Below are positions 41,685-55,547 of a stretch of DNA of 64,000 nt, one piece after another (within the stretch, counting starts at the first letter, position 1; every line of letters begins with the position of its first letter). Below the pieces are notes generated by a model. The model was not told where the DNA came from. It saw only the letters and a list, made by a program, of their open reading frames with translations, and did no database searches. Origin of the DNA: the human T2T-CHM13v2.0 reference genome, Homo sapiens. The stretch lies in assembly GCF_009914755.1 (NCBI RefSeq), contig NC_060927.1; one strand, 5' to 3'. The position numbers were made by a program, and so were the translations under genes.

Positions 41685-44600
41685 TTTCTAGCACGTGACA
41701 CAGAAGTTTGTCTGCTTTATTGAATTCAGTTTCCCTTCACCTGTGGTAAGTGCTATGGCAGTCCCAGACTAGTTGGTTGACTGTCACTGCTTCTCCCAGC
41801 TCTATGTTATTAGCGTTTGTGAGGGGACCCTTTAAATCACTTAGATTCTTTGAGCAAGAAATTGTGATTGCTTTCCATTTAGCTACTGCATTTGCAATGT
41901 CAATGATTACCTTCTTAGGATGGCATGCCCTGGTTATTCAATGTTTGGACTCTTTTGCTGTTTCTGTCTCACCTTTTGTTTTGCTGTCCCTCCTGGGACT
42001 GCACCTGACCAGTATTTATAGGCTATTGTAACTTGTTTGTTACTCATGTAATCTCTTCAAAGATTTTTGTATACATTGAGGGACACATTGAACCTACTTT
42101 TGCCAACAGTGCCCCTTCCCTCCAGGCTCTCTGTGTTCTGAGACTCCTTTGGGAGATTTTCCAAGAGACCATCCATGTTGAGCACAGTATGAATGGCTAT
42201 GTGAATGCATAGTCATGGGGACTACACTCAGGCATTCCAAGCATTATAAATGGGCATCAAAAATGGCAAATTGGAGAGGTAAGGAAAGTCTTGTCAGAGA
42301 GACATCTGGGAACCCCAGCTGGCAGCTGGGGCCACTTTGGTCAGGCCTGGAGACATCCAGCACCAGTGAGACCTAGGTGGTTTGTGGCAAATGCCCGTGA
42401 CCTCCTACAGCCTCAGTTTCATGAGGATTCAAGGGGATGCCCTGAACCCCATCATGGTCTAGCCTGGCTCATGGGGGCACCCATGACTTCCTGGACTTCG
42501 GTCTATGTTTCTGTCATTGGATTCTCTCAGCACCTGGGGAGCCACCTCTTTTGCTGTCACTGAAACTTCTGTAGGGTGTATATAAAAACTAGAATATTCT
42601 TCAACTGTATACATTAAGACATAAAGAAAAAATGGCCAAAGAATAAAACGCTTGTTTCCATCCTCACCACTTTAAGGTTTTTCTTTTAGGGTTTCTTTTT
42701 TTTAGGGTTTCTTTTCCATCACTGAGTCTCTCCCTTTCCTTTCATTCTTCCGCTTACTTATATACACCCCCAAAACAATTTCCCTCAACCACTGTGACTT
42801 TGCTTCCTTCAGCTGACTTCTCAGTTCATCCTGACAGGTGACAAGCAGAGGTGGGAGGAATCCAAAGTCCACACAAAGAGTAGATCTAGGTCACTGTGGC
42901 TCTCCCTGACAGGAGGCTTGTGAGGGTGGCAGGGCCTAAGCCCAGGCCATGCAATATCTGGAGACCTTCATTTTTCCCTACAAATAACAACCATCTTATT
43001 ATGTTTATGCTTCTCTGCATTTCACCTACATGTAACAACCATCCTATTATGTTTATGCTTTCTTTTCACTTCTTTGCATGTGAATCCTGTCCTTCCATGA
43101 AAATTTATCTTGCTTTTTGGACTATCTGTGTTCATAGACTTTTGTCTGTTTTCTTTCTATCTCTAACCCCTAAGTCTGATCATAATTGTCCTAAAGGTTC
43201 TTTCTGCTGTGTGTCAGGGTCCTTCTGCCTTCAGCTGGAGTTCAGGAAGTTTTGTCTTTACATAGAAAAAAACTTTAATTGCTGGGTCAAACACATTTTC
43301 TGCCAAATTCCTTTTATGAGACCTAGAAAGCCTAATGAATATAGCCACTTCCACCTTCTAAGATGTTATTTTAAGGCCAAAATTAAAACGTTAATGACAC
43401 ATATATAAGGCTGGCCATTACTAACCTGAAAAGAGAGATAAATAAATGCTCCGTAATTAGCTCTATTCAACACAGCATGGGCCCAAACATTACTGTTTTA
43501 CAATCAGACCTTTCTATAAAAAGAAACAGGATGATAAGATGCTCTCGAAGGGCGCAGGGGAACCTTACATTATTCTTCCCTTCAACCAAACAGCTCTATA
43601 ATAAGACAAGTCCTTTAAAGAGCAATACTAAATATATTATGCCCATGTTATTCAAAAGAGTTTGGAAAACATAACATAATTAATGACTCTATATTAAGAA
43701 ATGTGCCTCCCAACAACTTTCCTTCCTTAAAATCTAGCCTAGGGCTACTCTTCAAACCTCTCAAGCTCCTTCTCCTTCTAGTGGTCCTTCCTTACTTGAC
43801 ACACAGTCCTCTGCACTCCTTTTGTATAAATTTGTTCACCAAACACTCCCTGAATATTCCAGCCCCACTGGACCAACTTATAGTAGGGTAACCTATCGCC
43901 CACCTGAAAACAAAACAAAACAAAACACAGAAACCAAAAATGGCTGTTATCTTTTTCAGGAAGGTAACAAATAGAGAAACAGACCAAATCTTCTCAGAGA
44001 CTTACTTCATTAGTCAGTCTGCCCCAGAAATTAGGGAAAAGTCACAAAAACCTAGCCATGAGTCCTCAAACCCAAAATAAATGAACTACTAAATATAGCT
44101 TTTGGGGTCTTCAATAACAAAGACAGAATGAAAGGCACATGAAGAACAAAGGGAGGAAAAGAGAGACAAGACGGGCCCAGTTGGCCCTCGCTATGGGAAA
44201 ACTCCCACCTCCAGGTCATCCTGGGTGGAACCCAAAGGGCTATGGCCACATTTAAAAAAGGCCTGAACACGGAAGCCAAATAAGTAACAAGAGTCTTCAA
44301 GCTTGCAAACCCTATGGAGCCCATCATCAATGTGGCAAAGAAGGGCAGTGGGAGAAGGACACACCCCAACTCCAAAGGGAGGACAGGATTCCTAATTCCC
44401 TATTGTCCCTAGCCAAAGACTAAAGGGGCCCAAGGCAAGCAATGGCTCCCATGTGGCAATCGGTCCCAATAACAGCAACAAAGCCTTGAGTCATCCTGGA
44501 TAAGACAGATGAAAATATCAATTTCCTGTTAAACATAGGGGCTGGCTTGTCATTCCTCACTTGCTGCCCTGGACCCCTGTCTGCCAAACACTACACTGTT

Positions 44601-46443
44601 ATCAGTGTTAATAACAAACCCCAAACTAGTATCGTCACATTACCCCACAGCTGACCAACTTCAACTGCAGTAAAACATAGAGGTGTGGGGCATTGGATGC
44701 ACTTTTCAAAAATAAAAAAAAATTATTCCTTTTAAGTCACACAGAAACCCACAACACAGACTGCAAGTGAGTCCTGAAAAGCACTGGAGGATCTAAAGCT
44801 CTTGTCCAAGAAACAGCAAAGACCCAAAATATCAAACAATTAATATTGCCTCAACATAAGCTTTGATTCAAGGAAACAACTTACAATGAGACTTAAAACA
44901 TAAGTAATGTTTTGATTTTTCTCCTATTTACTCTCTGCACGTTAGGCACTCTTAGCTATCTTATTAAAATTAATTCAGCCCTGCTGGCTTTGCACAACTA
45001 CCAGAAGTTGAAAATATACCAAATCTGTGCCTCAAGAAGACTGAGCCAACATTCCTATACACCTCCTGGAACAAACCTATTGGCCCACAATATGAGACTA
45101 TCTGGCTAAACAAACAATATGAAGAGACTTCCTTGGATCTGACCATGGCAAGTTCAAACTCTGACTTTTAACTATTAATAATAGCCCCACTTTGCCAAGA
45201 GGAAAATTGCTTTCCTACCTTACCCACCGGGAGCAAGTCCCCTTCTGCCTTTACAACAATCATGCCAGTTCCACTACTTTCATAAAAAAACTCCGAGAGA
45301 GTCACTGTAACCCAGCCTTTGTCAGTGAGTCATCTATACACCTTATAATGGGACCCTAAAAGGGGAACCTTATTTTAAAAACTTATTGACACCACCTGAA
45401 CTCTACTGTCCTCTAATTAGCCCAGAGACAACCAGATTTTCGTTACTTTTACAACCTTAATGCGAAACACCTTTGCAGCAAAAATTTTGCCATCACATGT
45501 AATTTCGGGGGGTTTGTCAAGCTTTGCCGTCTACAACTCCCACTACTGTGGCAGGGACAATGCTCCATTGCTTACATTTCCTTTATTTAACTTTCACATG
45601 GGCTAACACATCTCTCTTCCCCATGTACCAACAACACATGATCCACCTCCAAGTAGGACCCCTTGTTTGCTTGGGTTTAGTGACACCCTCTTTATTGGGA
45701 TTAGCAGAGTCGGTTATGGGAAGCAGAGCTTTGGGAATCCAGTATAAAATGTATCAAAAAACAAGAGTGGCCTTTCAATAAATGGCAGAGGACCTCACCA
45801 GAGGTCCAACAATGGCTGGACTCTCTGGCCCCATAGTCCTACAAAACCAAAGGGCCTTAGTTCTTCTCACAGCCAGAAAAGGAGAAACATGTTTGAGTCT
45901 TTTTTATTATTATTAAAAAAAGTTGTTTTTACATTAATCAGTCCAGTTCCTTCCAAGAAAATATTAAAAATATAATTACCCAGATAAATTTATATAAAGA
46001 CTTAATTTTATACTTCCTTGGATCTGACTAATTTATAAAGATAAAATTAAATCTTTTAGAACTTCCAGGGGAACTTGGAAGCAATGGCTATAGTCTGACT
46101 TGCTCCTTTTAATAGTGCCAATTATTACCATACTTTTAGCTTTAACTTTTAGTCCAACTTTGTTTAAAATGCTGATTTCTTGCTCTCTCACTTACAGCAA
46201 CAAGTCTCCATGATAGTTTTGCAAAGCTTCCAACCTTTGGCTGCTAATGAGCTATCTCACATCTCACCCATTGGTTCTACAAAAAGCATGGCTTATAACT
46301 CACTAGACGAGGCAGGAAGAGACTTTAGGGCCCAGGCTAGGCAGGGACAATGCCCCACTCAGCAGGAAGCAATTCAAGAAGAAATGACCTAGCCCCACAG
46401 CCTCCGATATGATTATAAACCCTAAAATCCCTTAGTGGGGAAT
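41685..46443 (+). mobile_element. MER66-int-like internal region: decayed gag, pro, IN tail and env; RT absent
   Basis: gag QSAPEIR/NIAFGVFNNKD at about 44015-44125; zinc-knuckle relic HQCGKEGQW at about 44325; protease INFLLNIGAG at about 44517; env LQNQRALVLLTARKGETCL at about 45839; purine tract before the 3' LTR. Confidence 0.85.
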
Positions 46444-47017
46444 TGAGGCAGGACAGGTGGTCAAGGAAGTGATCATGTCCTCAGATGTGGCAACCATGGT
46501 GACCATACAGCAACACAATAAGCCCCGGTATTTGCACTGTAGTCTAGCTCATTCGAGCAAAGCTATCTCCAGCAGAGAATTTTCCCTGCAGGGAGCAGGC
46601 GCACTTTGATTTTACTTGTCCTCATTACAACAGGAAAAAACATACCCTTGGGTGGAGATTTAAGATGCTAATGAGACATGTATGAACAAGCATGTACAGC
46701 TAGTATGCATTTGCACCCAGTGGACTACCCAGAACATGCATACTAGTAACACGTCTTTCCATCCCCTTATGAATAATCATGTAATGCTCCCATAAAGGGA
46801 GTCTACCTAGTGGCAGTCTCTGCTGTCTCATCCTTATGAGCAGCCTGCCCTGAATCCAGTCTCAAGGTGTACTGTCTATTCTGCACCTAACTTTCAAAAG
46901 AGTTTTTTTCCTTTGCAATAAGTTGTTCCATGCTGCATCTTCTTTGCTGCATGTCTCTTGTTTAAATTCTTGTAAACTAAGAAGACAAGAACCAAAGCTT
47001 CACAACAGCAGTCCACA
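46444..47017 (+). mobile_element. 3' LTR, MER66-type
   Basis: tgaggcaggacagg...gtccaca; TSD ttcc/tccc. Confidence 0.88.
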
Positions 47018-48830
47018 TCCCTATGTTGCCCAGGTTTGTCTTGAACTCTTGGGCTCAAGGGATCCTCCCACCTCAGCCTCCCAGAATGCTGGGATTACAG
47101 GCCTCAGTCAACATACCCAGCCAGAAACATTTTTTAAAATATGGATATCTTCTGGAGATTGCAGAAAAATAAGGCAGAGTCAGCTGTTCTCATCTGAAAG
47201 TGATCACACCCTCTTAGTCTTGTCCCTCTCCCACCAGTCTACTAGTCACTTATAAGGGATCATGAGACTCATTCCTGTTCATCCTAAACACAGTTCTCCA
47301 ACACCACGCTTCATTAAACCACAACTAATGTGCAATATTTGTTGTTAACATCACACTCTATTTGCCACTCTTACCGTAAACTTGTTTTTCAGCCCTGTAG
47401 CTGCGAAAAGATTTAAGATATTGAGAATTGAGAGCACAGCAGGAGAGTGGAGGACAGAATGGAGTCTGCAGGTATCAGTCACAAGCAGCCAGAAGGCACA
47501 GTGAGGGTGTTGGGCTCCAAGTCAAAAGGCTGGAGAAGAGAGGCAACTATGACATAAGTCTGACAATGGAGTTTTCCTGTTTCCATCCACCTGAAGGCTT
47601 GCTGTTTTTCATAGGATGAAGTCCACACTACTTAAACTGACATTACATTCAAGGCTTGCATGATCTGGCCATGGGCTACTAACCCATCCATTCAACTTCA
47701 GCAACCACCACTGTGCCTTTTCTCCCACATGCAATCTGTCTTCCCCTCACCAGACTGCTTGACTTCTCCATAACATTCTGTGTACACCTATGTTTCTGAG
47801 ATTTAGGAAGACCCCTATCCAGATATCCTGCCCCTGCCCTGCCCTCACCCTGCCCAACTCATTCTATTCTCTGCCTATTAGTCTACTAATTATTTAAGGC
47901 TTAACCCACATATTAGTAAGCCCTTACAGCATGTATTTCCTCCTCTGATTTTCCATAGTAATTTGCTCATTCCTCTGGTTTGAAAACCTTCATGTGGTAT
48001 AATGGTTATCCATTTGTTGATCCCTAGTTCAGGGAACATAACTAGCTCTGGATCTTCAGAACATAGTATTGCCCATAGTACTAAATACGTCTTTGAATCA
48101 AAATTGTCAGATTCATCCAGAGGAGACTCTATTTTGATAGTAGCAAATGCTTTATCAGTGACAAGAAAATATTTGATTTCTGGTATAATAAGTGGACCCT
48201 TTCCTCTCTTAGACAGGCTGTGCTTTGCTAGTGGAGTTGCAGAATAAAAATTAGCCTTTCTACTTGGGGTCCATTGTAAGAAATCACAAGTGGGCATGTT
48301 AACTTTTACAAATAATGGAATCATGCGTAGCAAAGATATTTGAAATACGGCAGTGAATAAAGCAAATGATTTTCCATTTTAACATAGAACTATCATCTAA
48401 AAAAACTGATGTCAGAAAGAAATGAGGTAGCCATTTAATGAGGTGAATTTGTAGATCTGGCAGATTATAATATGTTTCGTGGTACAGAAAGGCATTCAGG
48501 AGAAATAACAATTCAGGAGTAACTTGGTTTGGTTTGATTATGTTTGTTTGTTTATTTATTTATTTATTTATTTAATTTTTACTAAGAATGGTTGTTTAGA
48601 ATTAGAAACTATTTTGTTCTTTACACTTTTCTTCATTCTCAATCTGAATCTGTAGCATCATAATGTCTTGTATATAATAGGTACCTAACAAGTATTTGCT
48701 GGAGAGGTGGATACGTAAACAAATGTTTACCTTAACTTAAATGTGGTCTATCAAAAAATCATAATATAGTATTCTTTAGAACTTATCATCTATCCTGGAG
48801 CATAGTTCCAGATTACAGCTATAGATTCAA

Positions 48831-49186
48831 TGTATTAGTCTGTTCTCATGCTGCTAATAAAGACATACCCATGACTCAGTAATGTATTAAGGAAAGAGGT
48901 TTCATGGACTCATAGTTCCGCATGGCTGGGGAGGCCTCACAATCATGGTGGAAGTCAAAGGAAGAGCAAAGTCACATCTTACATGGCAGGAGGCAAGAGA
49001 ATGTGTGCAGGGGAACTCCCCTTTATAAAGCCATGAGATCTCATGAGACTTATTCACTACCACAAGAACAGCATGGGAGAAACAACCCCCATGATTCAGT
49101 TATCTCCACCTGATCCCATCCTTGACACGTGGGGATTATTACGATTCAAGGTGAAATTTGGGTGGGGACACAGCCAAACCATATCA
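48831..49186 (-). mobile_element. THE1C-like solo LTR
   Basis: tgtattagtctgttctcatgctgct...ccaaaccatatca; TSD ttcaa/ctcaa. Confidence 0.92.
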
Positions 49187-49443
49187 CTCAACATACAATT
49201 TCTAACACTATTCCTTTTCACTCACATATAGTCATTAGCTCCTCTAAAGTGCATTAAGTGCCTAATCACAAGCCAAATTCAGTCTAACTTTATTTCTCTT
49301 TTTTCAGGGATTGCTCTTGGGTAGAATACCTATATATCATGATCCATTATCAATTAATTTTATGTTTTCAAGGTTCGTTTCTTTCAACAAAGTTATATTT
49401 AATTGTCTTAAGATTATTTATAGTCTATAATATTGAAAATGCC

Positions 49444-50002
49444 TGTATCTTAGTTTGTTCACATTGCTATAAGAAAACATCATAACTGGGTGGCTTATAA
49501 ACAGCAGGCTTATTTCTCACAGTTCTGGAAACTGGGAAATTCAAGACCGAGGCACCATTAGGTTCTGTGTCTGTTTAGGGCCTGCTTTCTAGATAATAGA
49601 TGGTACCTTCTAGCTGTTCTTCCCATGGGGCTAGCTAGGTCTCTGTGTCTCTTTTATAAGGGCACTAATCTCATATATGAGGACTCCACCCTCATGATCT
49701 AATCATGTCCCAAACGTCTTACCGTCTAATATACAGTTACTTCTTTGTGTCAACATTGGGTGGCGTTGGTTTGAGGCCCCTCCCCACCCACCATACATAA
49801 CAAATCTGCAGATGCACAAATCTTTTATATAAAGTGGTTGTAGTAGAGTTAGCTCTCCTGTATTTGCAGGTTTTTATCCACGTTAGGTTGCATCCAAGGA
49901 TGAAAACCTGTGAACACAGAGGGCCAACTGTAACTCCGACCTTGAGGGTTGGGATTTCAAAACGTACATTTCGGTGTGAACACAAATATTCAGACAATAA
50001 CA
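49444..50002 (-). mobile_element. MLT1A0-type LTR split by MER8
   Basis: tgtatcttagtttgttc...taagggcactaatc; resumes at ccttgagggttgggatttcaa. Confidence 0.8.
49734..49930 (+). mobile_element. MER8 (TcMar-Tigger)
   Basis: cagtt...gagggccaactg termini with TA on both sides. Confidence 0.75.
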
Positions 50003-51744
50003 GTCTGACTTTGAATTGAGAATTAGGCTTAATTCAGATGCAAAAAAGATAAAAGGATCTGACAGAAATAGAAAGAAATAAATTAGAAAAAAGCAAATGT
50101 GTGGCTCAAGAAAAATATGCTAAAATGTAAACAGTTGTCATTGAGCTGTGAAACTATGTCATTTTTTTCTTCTGCTTTATTTTTTTCTTCCTTCTAAATT
50201 TTTTAGAATGGACATGAATTAATTTTATAATCATAAAACATTAACCTCTTAAAATTAATTTTAATTTACTCAGAGAAAGCCTTTCTTGAGATGAATTCAA
50301 CATAATGGTGGTGGGAGTAAAATGAACACACTTGGCAAGCCCTTGGTACCCTTCATAGCAGAGCCTTCCCACCCAAGTGTGCTCCAAAATAATTCGCCGC
50401 CTTGTGTGAGATCCAGAGAATTTCCTACAACCTGTATCACCACTGGGACATGACTCAGCTGTCACAAAGACCTTTGTAAATTTCAGACTAAATTTTTGTC
50501 TTAGATTTTACTAATCTCAGATTACCCTTACTAAAGACCATTTGGAAGAATTATTGTGTCTCATAATTAACATCTCCCCTTCCTAAAATTAAGCAGATTG
50601 GACATAATCCATACTACAATCTGCACTGGCTAACCACTTGCTCCCATGTGCATTTCCAAAAGTGATACTCTAATTTATCTTGTGATGTGCTATTAGAACT
50701 GTTTTAACCTTCTAGAAGTTGCTGCTGCAATTCTCAGAAAAAAGGAAAAGAGGAATTTCCAAAAAGGGTTTATATCAAAAGATTCCTGTTATCTCAAAAC
50801 ATATGGGGCATTGTTTCTTCCTTTCCTGATTATTATATATCCTCTGGGGAATCTTATGACCTTTCAATTTGGTTCAAGAATATGGGTAGAACCCATATTC
50901 CTATCAGAGATTTTCATAAATCTAGAGCAGTAGCTATTTTTTTAACTCAGCTCTTGAGGCTGAGTAGTGACTTTTGGAAATGGTTAGAAAGACCACCATA
51001 CCAAAACAAAATCAGAAAATTGTTGTTTTGGTAACTTGCTAAATAATTTTGAAACTCATTTTGTATGTAGCTGAATAATACAACCAAGGAACAAGTATCA
51101 CTTATCTTTCCTGCCAGCCTTGTTCTCTGTAGAGCACAAAAATACTGCCAAGTGTGAAAATGTTACAAGAGACACAAAATTAAAATAGCAAAGCTAAAAC
51201 ACACCTCTGAGACTTGATTTTAGCATTTATTAAGATACCTGGAAAATCTCCTTCTATGCAATAAAATTACTTAAAAAGAAGCATATCTCATTAGCCTCCC
51301 TTGGGAGATTCTTAACTTAAAAAAATATTGATTCTGGACTGTCCTGATTTTTTTTAACCTATAATACTATAATAATCACATCATTAAAGAGCTAAAACTT
51401 CACATCAAAGTTGTTATTTGTTGGTAACTACTATGCATTTGAGACTGTTAATTCAGATTTGATTTTGTGGACTATTCAAGAAACTGTAGCATGCTCTCTT
51501 TCTTCTTTCCCTCATGATGGAATACATTAATAGATTTATTTCCCATGACCATAGATCAGAGAGAAGTGCTCTTGTTTTGTTTTCATTTTATCAACCAAAC
51601 ACATCTTGGAAGGTAAAGACCAGACAGTGTTATCATGAGTCATCAGTATGACTAAGATCAGGGGTTGGCAATCAGAGAGAGGCCTTGTGGACCAAATTCA
51701 GCCATGAACTTTATTGTATGAACTGTAAACCAGTATTAGCTTGC

Positions 51745-52051
<307 letters not shown>

Positions 52052-52284
52052 TAGCTTGCATATTTTTAAGTGACTTAAAGAAAATCAAAATAATAACATT
52101 TTGTGACACAAGAACATTATATAATATTCAAATTTCACTGTCCATAAATGATGCTTATTGGAACACACCCATTCACACTTGTTTATTTTATTAGCTATGA
52201 CTGATTCTTCAATACAGTGAGAAAGTTGACTAGTTACAACAGAGACCTTGTGGCCCTGAAGCCTGAAATAGTCATTATCTCACC

Positions 52285-52653
52285 TGCTATGGACTGAATT
52301 GTGTCCCTCCTAAATTCATATATTGAACCCCTAACCCTCAATGTGACTGTATTTTAAGATAGGGCCTTTAAGGTGGTAATTAAGGTTAAATGAGGTCCTA
52401 ATCCAATAGGGCTGCTGTTCCTAAAAGAAGAGGAAGAGGCGCCTGGAGTGCACCTTACAGGGGAAAGGCCATGTGACAACGCTGGGAGAAGGCAGGCATC
52501 TGAAAGCCAAAAAGAGAAGCCTCAGGAGAAACCAAACCTGTAGGCACCTTGATCTTGGAATTCTAGCCTCCAGAATGGTGAGAAAATAAGTTTTTGTTGT
52601 TTAAGTTACCCAGGTTGTGGTGTTTTGTTATGACAGCCAAGCTAACTAATACA
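52285..52653 (+). mobile_element. MLT1A LTR
   Basis: tgctatggactgaattgtgtccc...ctaactaataca. Confidence 0.88.
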
Positions 52654-52656
52654 TGG

Positions 52657-53019
52657 TGATATTGTTTGGCTCTGTGCCACACCCAAATCTCATCTCGAAT
52701 TGTAATCCCCACGTGTGGAGGGAGGGACCTGGTGAGAGGTGATTGGATCATGGGGGTGCTTTCCCCCAATGCTGTTCGCAGGATAGTGAGTGAGTTCTCA
52801 CAAGAGCTGATGGTTTCAAAGTGTGGCACTTCCCCCTCGGTCTCTCTCTTCTGCTACCATGTAGGATGTACCTTACTTCCCCTTCACATTCTGCCATGAT
52901 TGTATGCTTCCTGAGGCTTCCCCAGCCATGTGGAACTGTGAGTTAATTAAACCTCTGTTGTTTACAAATTACCAAGTCTCAGGTAGTTCTTTATAGCAGT
53001 ATAAAAACAGACTTATACA
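52657..53019 (+). mobile_element. MSTA LTR
   Basis: tgatattgtttggctctg...gacttataca; TSD catgg/cgtgg. Confidence 0.9.
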
Positions 53020-54113
53020 CGTGGCCTTATACAAAAATGCATCCCAATCCCTGAACAAGATGAATGATACAAAACTTTTTAAATTACGAGCTAAATCTAA
53101 AGACCTGAGGAACTCGCAGTATTTACCTGGTGCTATAAAACCCAAAGCAGGAACCCTATTGAACTCAAGCAGAGAAAAAGAGATAAATACAAGGAAAGTG
53201 CCTTTCTTCTAACACCCTATTATAGAAATAACGTGTGGGAGAAAGGAGCTTCTATAATTAGGAAGTTGCTTTGCATCTCAAGTCTTGGTTAAGCCTCTTA
53301 TCTATTTTCCCAATGTTCTTGCCCAGCAAATGTATGTGGGTCTCTCTCTCTGTGTGCCTGTTAACTGGAGATTTGTTTGTTAATTTTTTAGCTAAAATAA
53401 CAGTCCACTGAGTAGAAGACTTATATTGCTTTCTCAATTATTTTTCTGCTGCTCACCTAAAAAAACTGTTTGTTTTTGTATTATTTTGGTTCTTCTGCAT
53501 TTCTTAAAGCTATGCTTGATTAAAAAACAAAAACAAAATTGAATTTCAGATGTTTTCATTTTGTTGTGTACCACATGTAATATTTTACTTTTTCTTCTTT
53601 CCTCGGGAAATATTTATCTGAGCCAGAAGAACTTAGAAATGTAGCCCAGAGATGGCTGTTAACAAATCAAATCAAACCTAAGCAGCTCCCTTTTCAGTTC
53701 TTCAGTGCTCTCAAGAAGCAGAAACCTCAGGATGTTTCAGGATGATGAAGAAATCAGAAACTCTGCCTGTGGCTAAATCTGCTTTTTGTTTTGTTGTTTT
53801 GTTGTGTTTTTTTAAAGGAACCTCTAAATGAATTCCTCTGTGTTGTATATTGGTGACTGGATTATTCATATAGAAAACAGGGAACAATCTATTGTGCATA
53901 GAATCATGAAGAATATCAGGAGTTGGAAACAACCTTTGTTGTTCCTCATAACTTTTTAGATGAGGAACAATTTTAAATGCTTCGATCTATGTCATTATCA
54001 GTCAGCCTGCCTAGGCTAGGGACACTGCAGTAAAAGCCAAACCCCAAATCTCAGTATTAACAAACCATAAGGTAATTTCTCTCTCATTCTATATGCTCAA
54101 GTGGGTAGGTAGA

Positions 54114-54493
54114 TATGATGGTTAATACTGAGGGTTAACTTGATTGGATTGAAGGATGCAAAATATTGATCCTGGGTGTGTCTGTGAGGGTGTTGCCAAA
54201 AGAGATTAACATTTGAGTCAGTGAGCTGGAGAAGGCAGAACCACCCTTAATCCGGTGGGCACCATCTAATCATCTGCCAGAGAATATAATGCAGGCAAAA
54301 AAACGTGAAAAGGAGAGATGGGCCTAGCCTCCCAGCCTACATCTTTCTCCTGTGCTGGATGCTTCTTGCCCTCAAACATCAGACTCCAAGTTCTTCAGTT
54401 TTGGGACGCGGACTGGCTCTTCTTGCTCCTCAGCTTGCAGACAGCCTATTGTGGGACCTTGTGATCATGTAAATTAATACTTAACAAACCCCC

Positions 54494-54554
<61 letters not shown>

Positions 54555-54614
54555 TATTCATAGGAGATATATATCCTATTACTTCTGTCCCTCTAGGGAA
54601 CGCTGACTAATACA
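54114..54614 (+). mobile_element. MLT2A1/A2 (HERV-L) solo LTR with long (TA)n at about 54498-54550
   Basis: gatggttaatactgag...ttgattggattgaaggatgcaaa...gactaataca; TSD gtaga/gtaca. Confidence 0.92.
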
Positions 54615-54847
54615 GTACAGGAGTGCTGTGTGCACACCATGGGCGCTCTGTGCACCACATTCCCTAGGGTACTGGGGCTAGGGCAGAGGCTCTATCTCAA
54701 CACAAGCTTCCATGAGCACCATAGCAGAGAAAACAGAGCACTATCTTGCACTACTATTTAAATGATCTCTCCCAAGAGTAAAATGTCACTTCCTCTCGTA
54801 TCAGTAGTCAATGCAAGTTGCAAGACTACATGACAAATACAAAAGGA

Positions 54848-55547
54848 ACAAGAACATGTCATCCTACTGTGCCCAGACAGACAACTAGAATACTTGTGAA
54901 GAGTCTCAGCAGCTGCCACAAACTCCAGGGTTTCTTGTTTGTCACTTGTAACTAAACTTACAGCTACCAGATTATACCTTCTCCCTGAACAGAAGAAGAC
55001 AGACACTCTGTTTCCAATAAGATACTTTAAAAATTATTTTTTCTACCTGATGTTGTATTTGCTGCCTGCACAGAAACAACAGCAGATGAGGGATGAGTCA
55101 GTAGAGGAGGAGGATTCCCCTTCCATAAATATATATATATATTTATGTTTATATATTTTTATTTATGTTTATATATATTTATGTTTATATATTTATGTTA
55201 TATATAATATATATTTATGTTTATATATAAATATAAATATTTATGTTTATATATAAATATAAATATTTATGTTTATATATAAATATAAATATATATGTTT
55301 ATATATAAATATATATATGTTTATATATAAATATATATATAAAATGCACACACACACACTATATATATATGATATATATAGTGTGCATGTGTGTGCATGT
55401 ATATAGTGTGCATGTGTGTGCGTGTGTGTGTGTGTGCATTATTTAGAAAGTGAAAAACAAGAAACCCTGGAGTTTGTGGCAGGTGCTGAGATTCCTCACA
55501 AGTATTCTATCTGTCCCTCTGGGCACAGTAAGATGACATGTCCTTGT
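54848..55547. repeat. Inverted duplication: arms 54848-54947 and 55448-55547
   Basis: The reverse complement of the right arm aligns to the left arm at roughly 90% identity. Confidence 0.92.
55126..55440. repeat. AT-rich minisatellite (tttatgtttatatat... units) followed by CA/TA/TG tracts
   Basis: Direct inspection. Confidence 0.9.

Noticed and set aside
42896-43408. Longest ORF (170 aa)
   Set aside because: It lies in the ERV leader, includes a tandem repeat of about 48 bp (NNHLIMFML/NNHPIMFML) and resembles no protein I recognise.
47890-48333. 147-aa minus-strand ORF in non-repeat-looking DNA
   Set aside because: No recognisable homology or clear splice context; this length can occur by chance.
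50878-50900. Perfect 10-bp hairpin gaatatgggt-aga-acccatattc
   Set aside because: About one such stem is expected by chance in 64 kb of AT-rich DNA.
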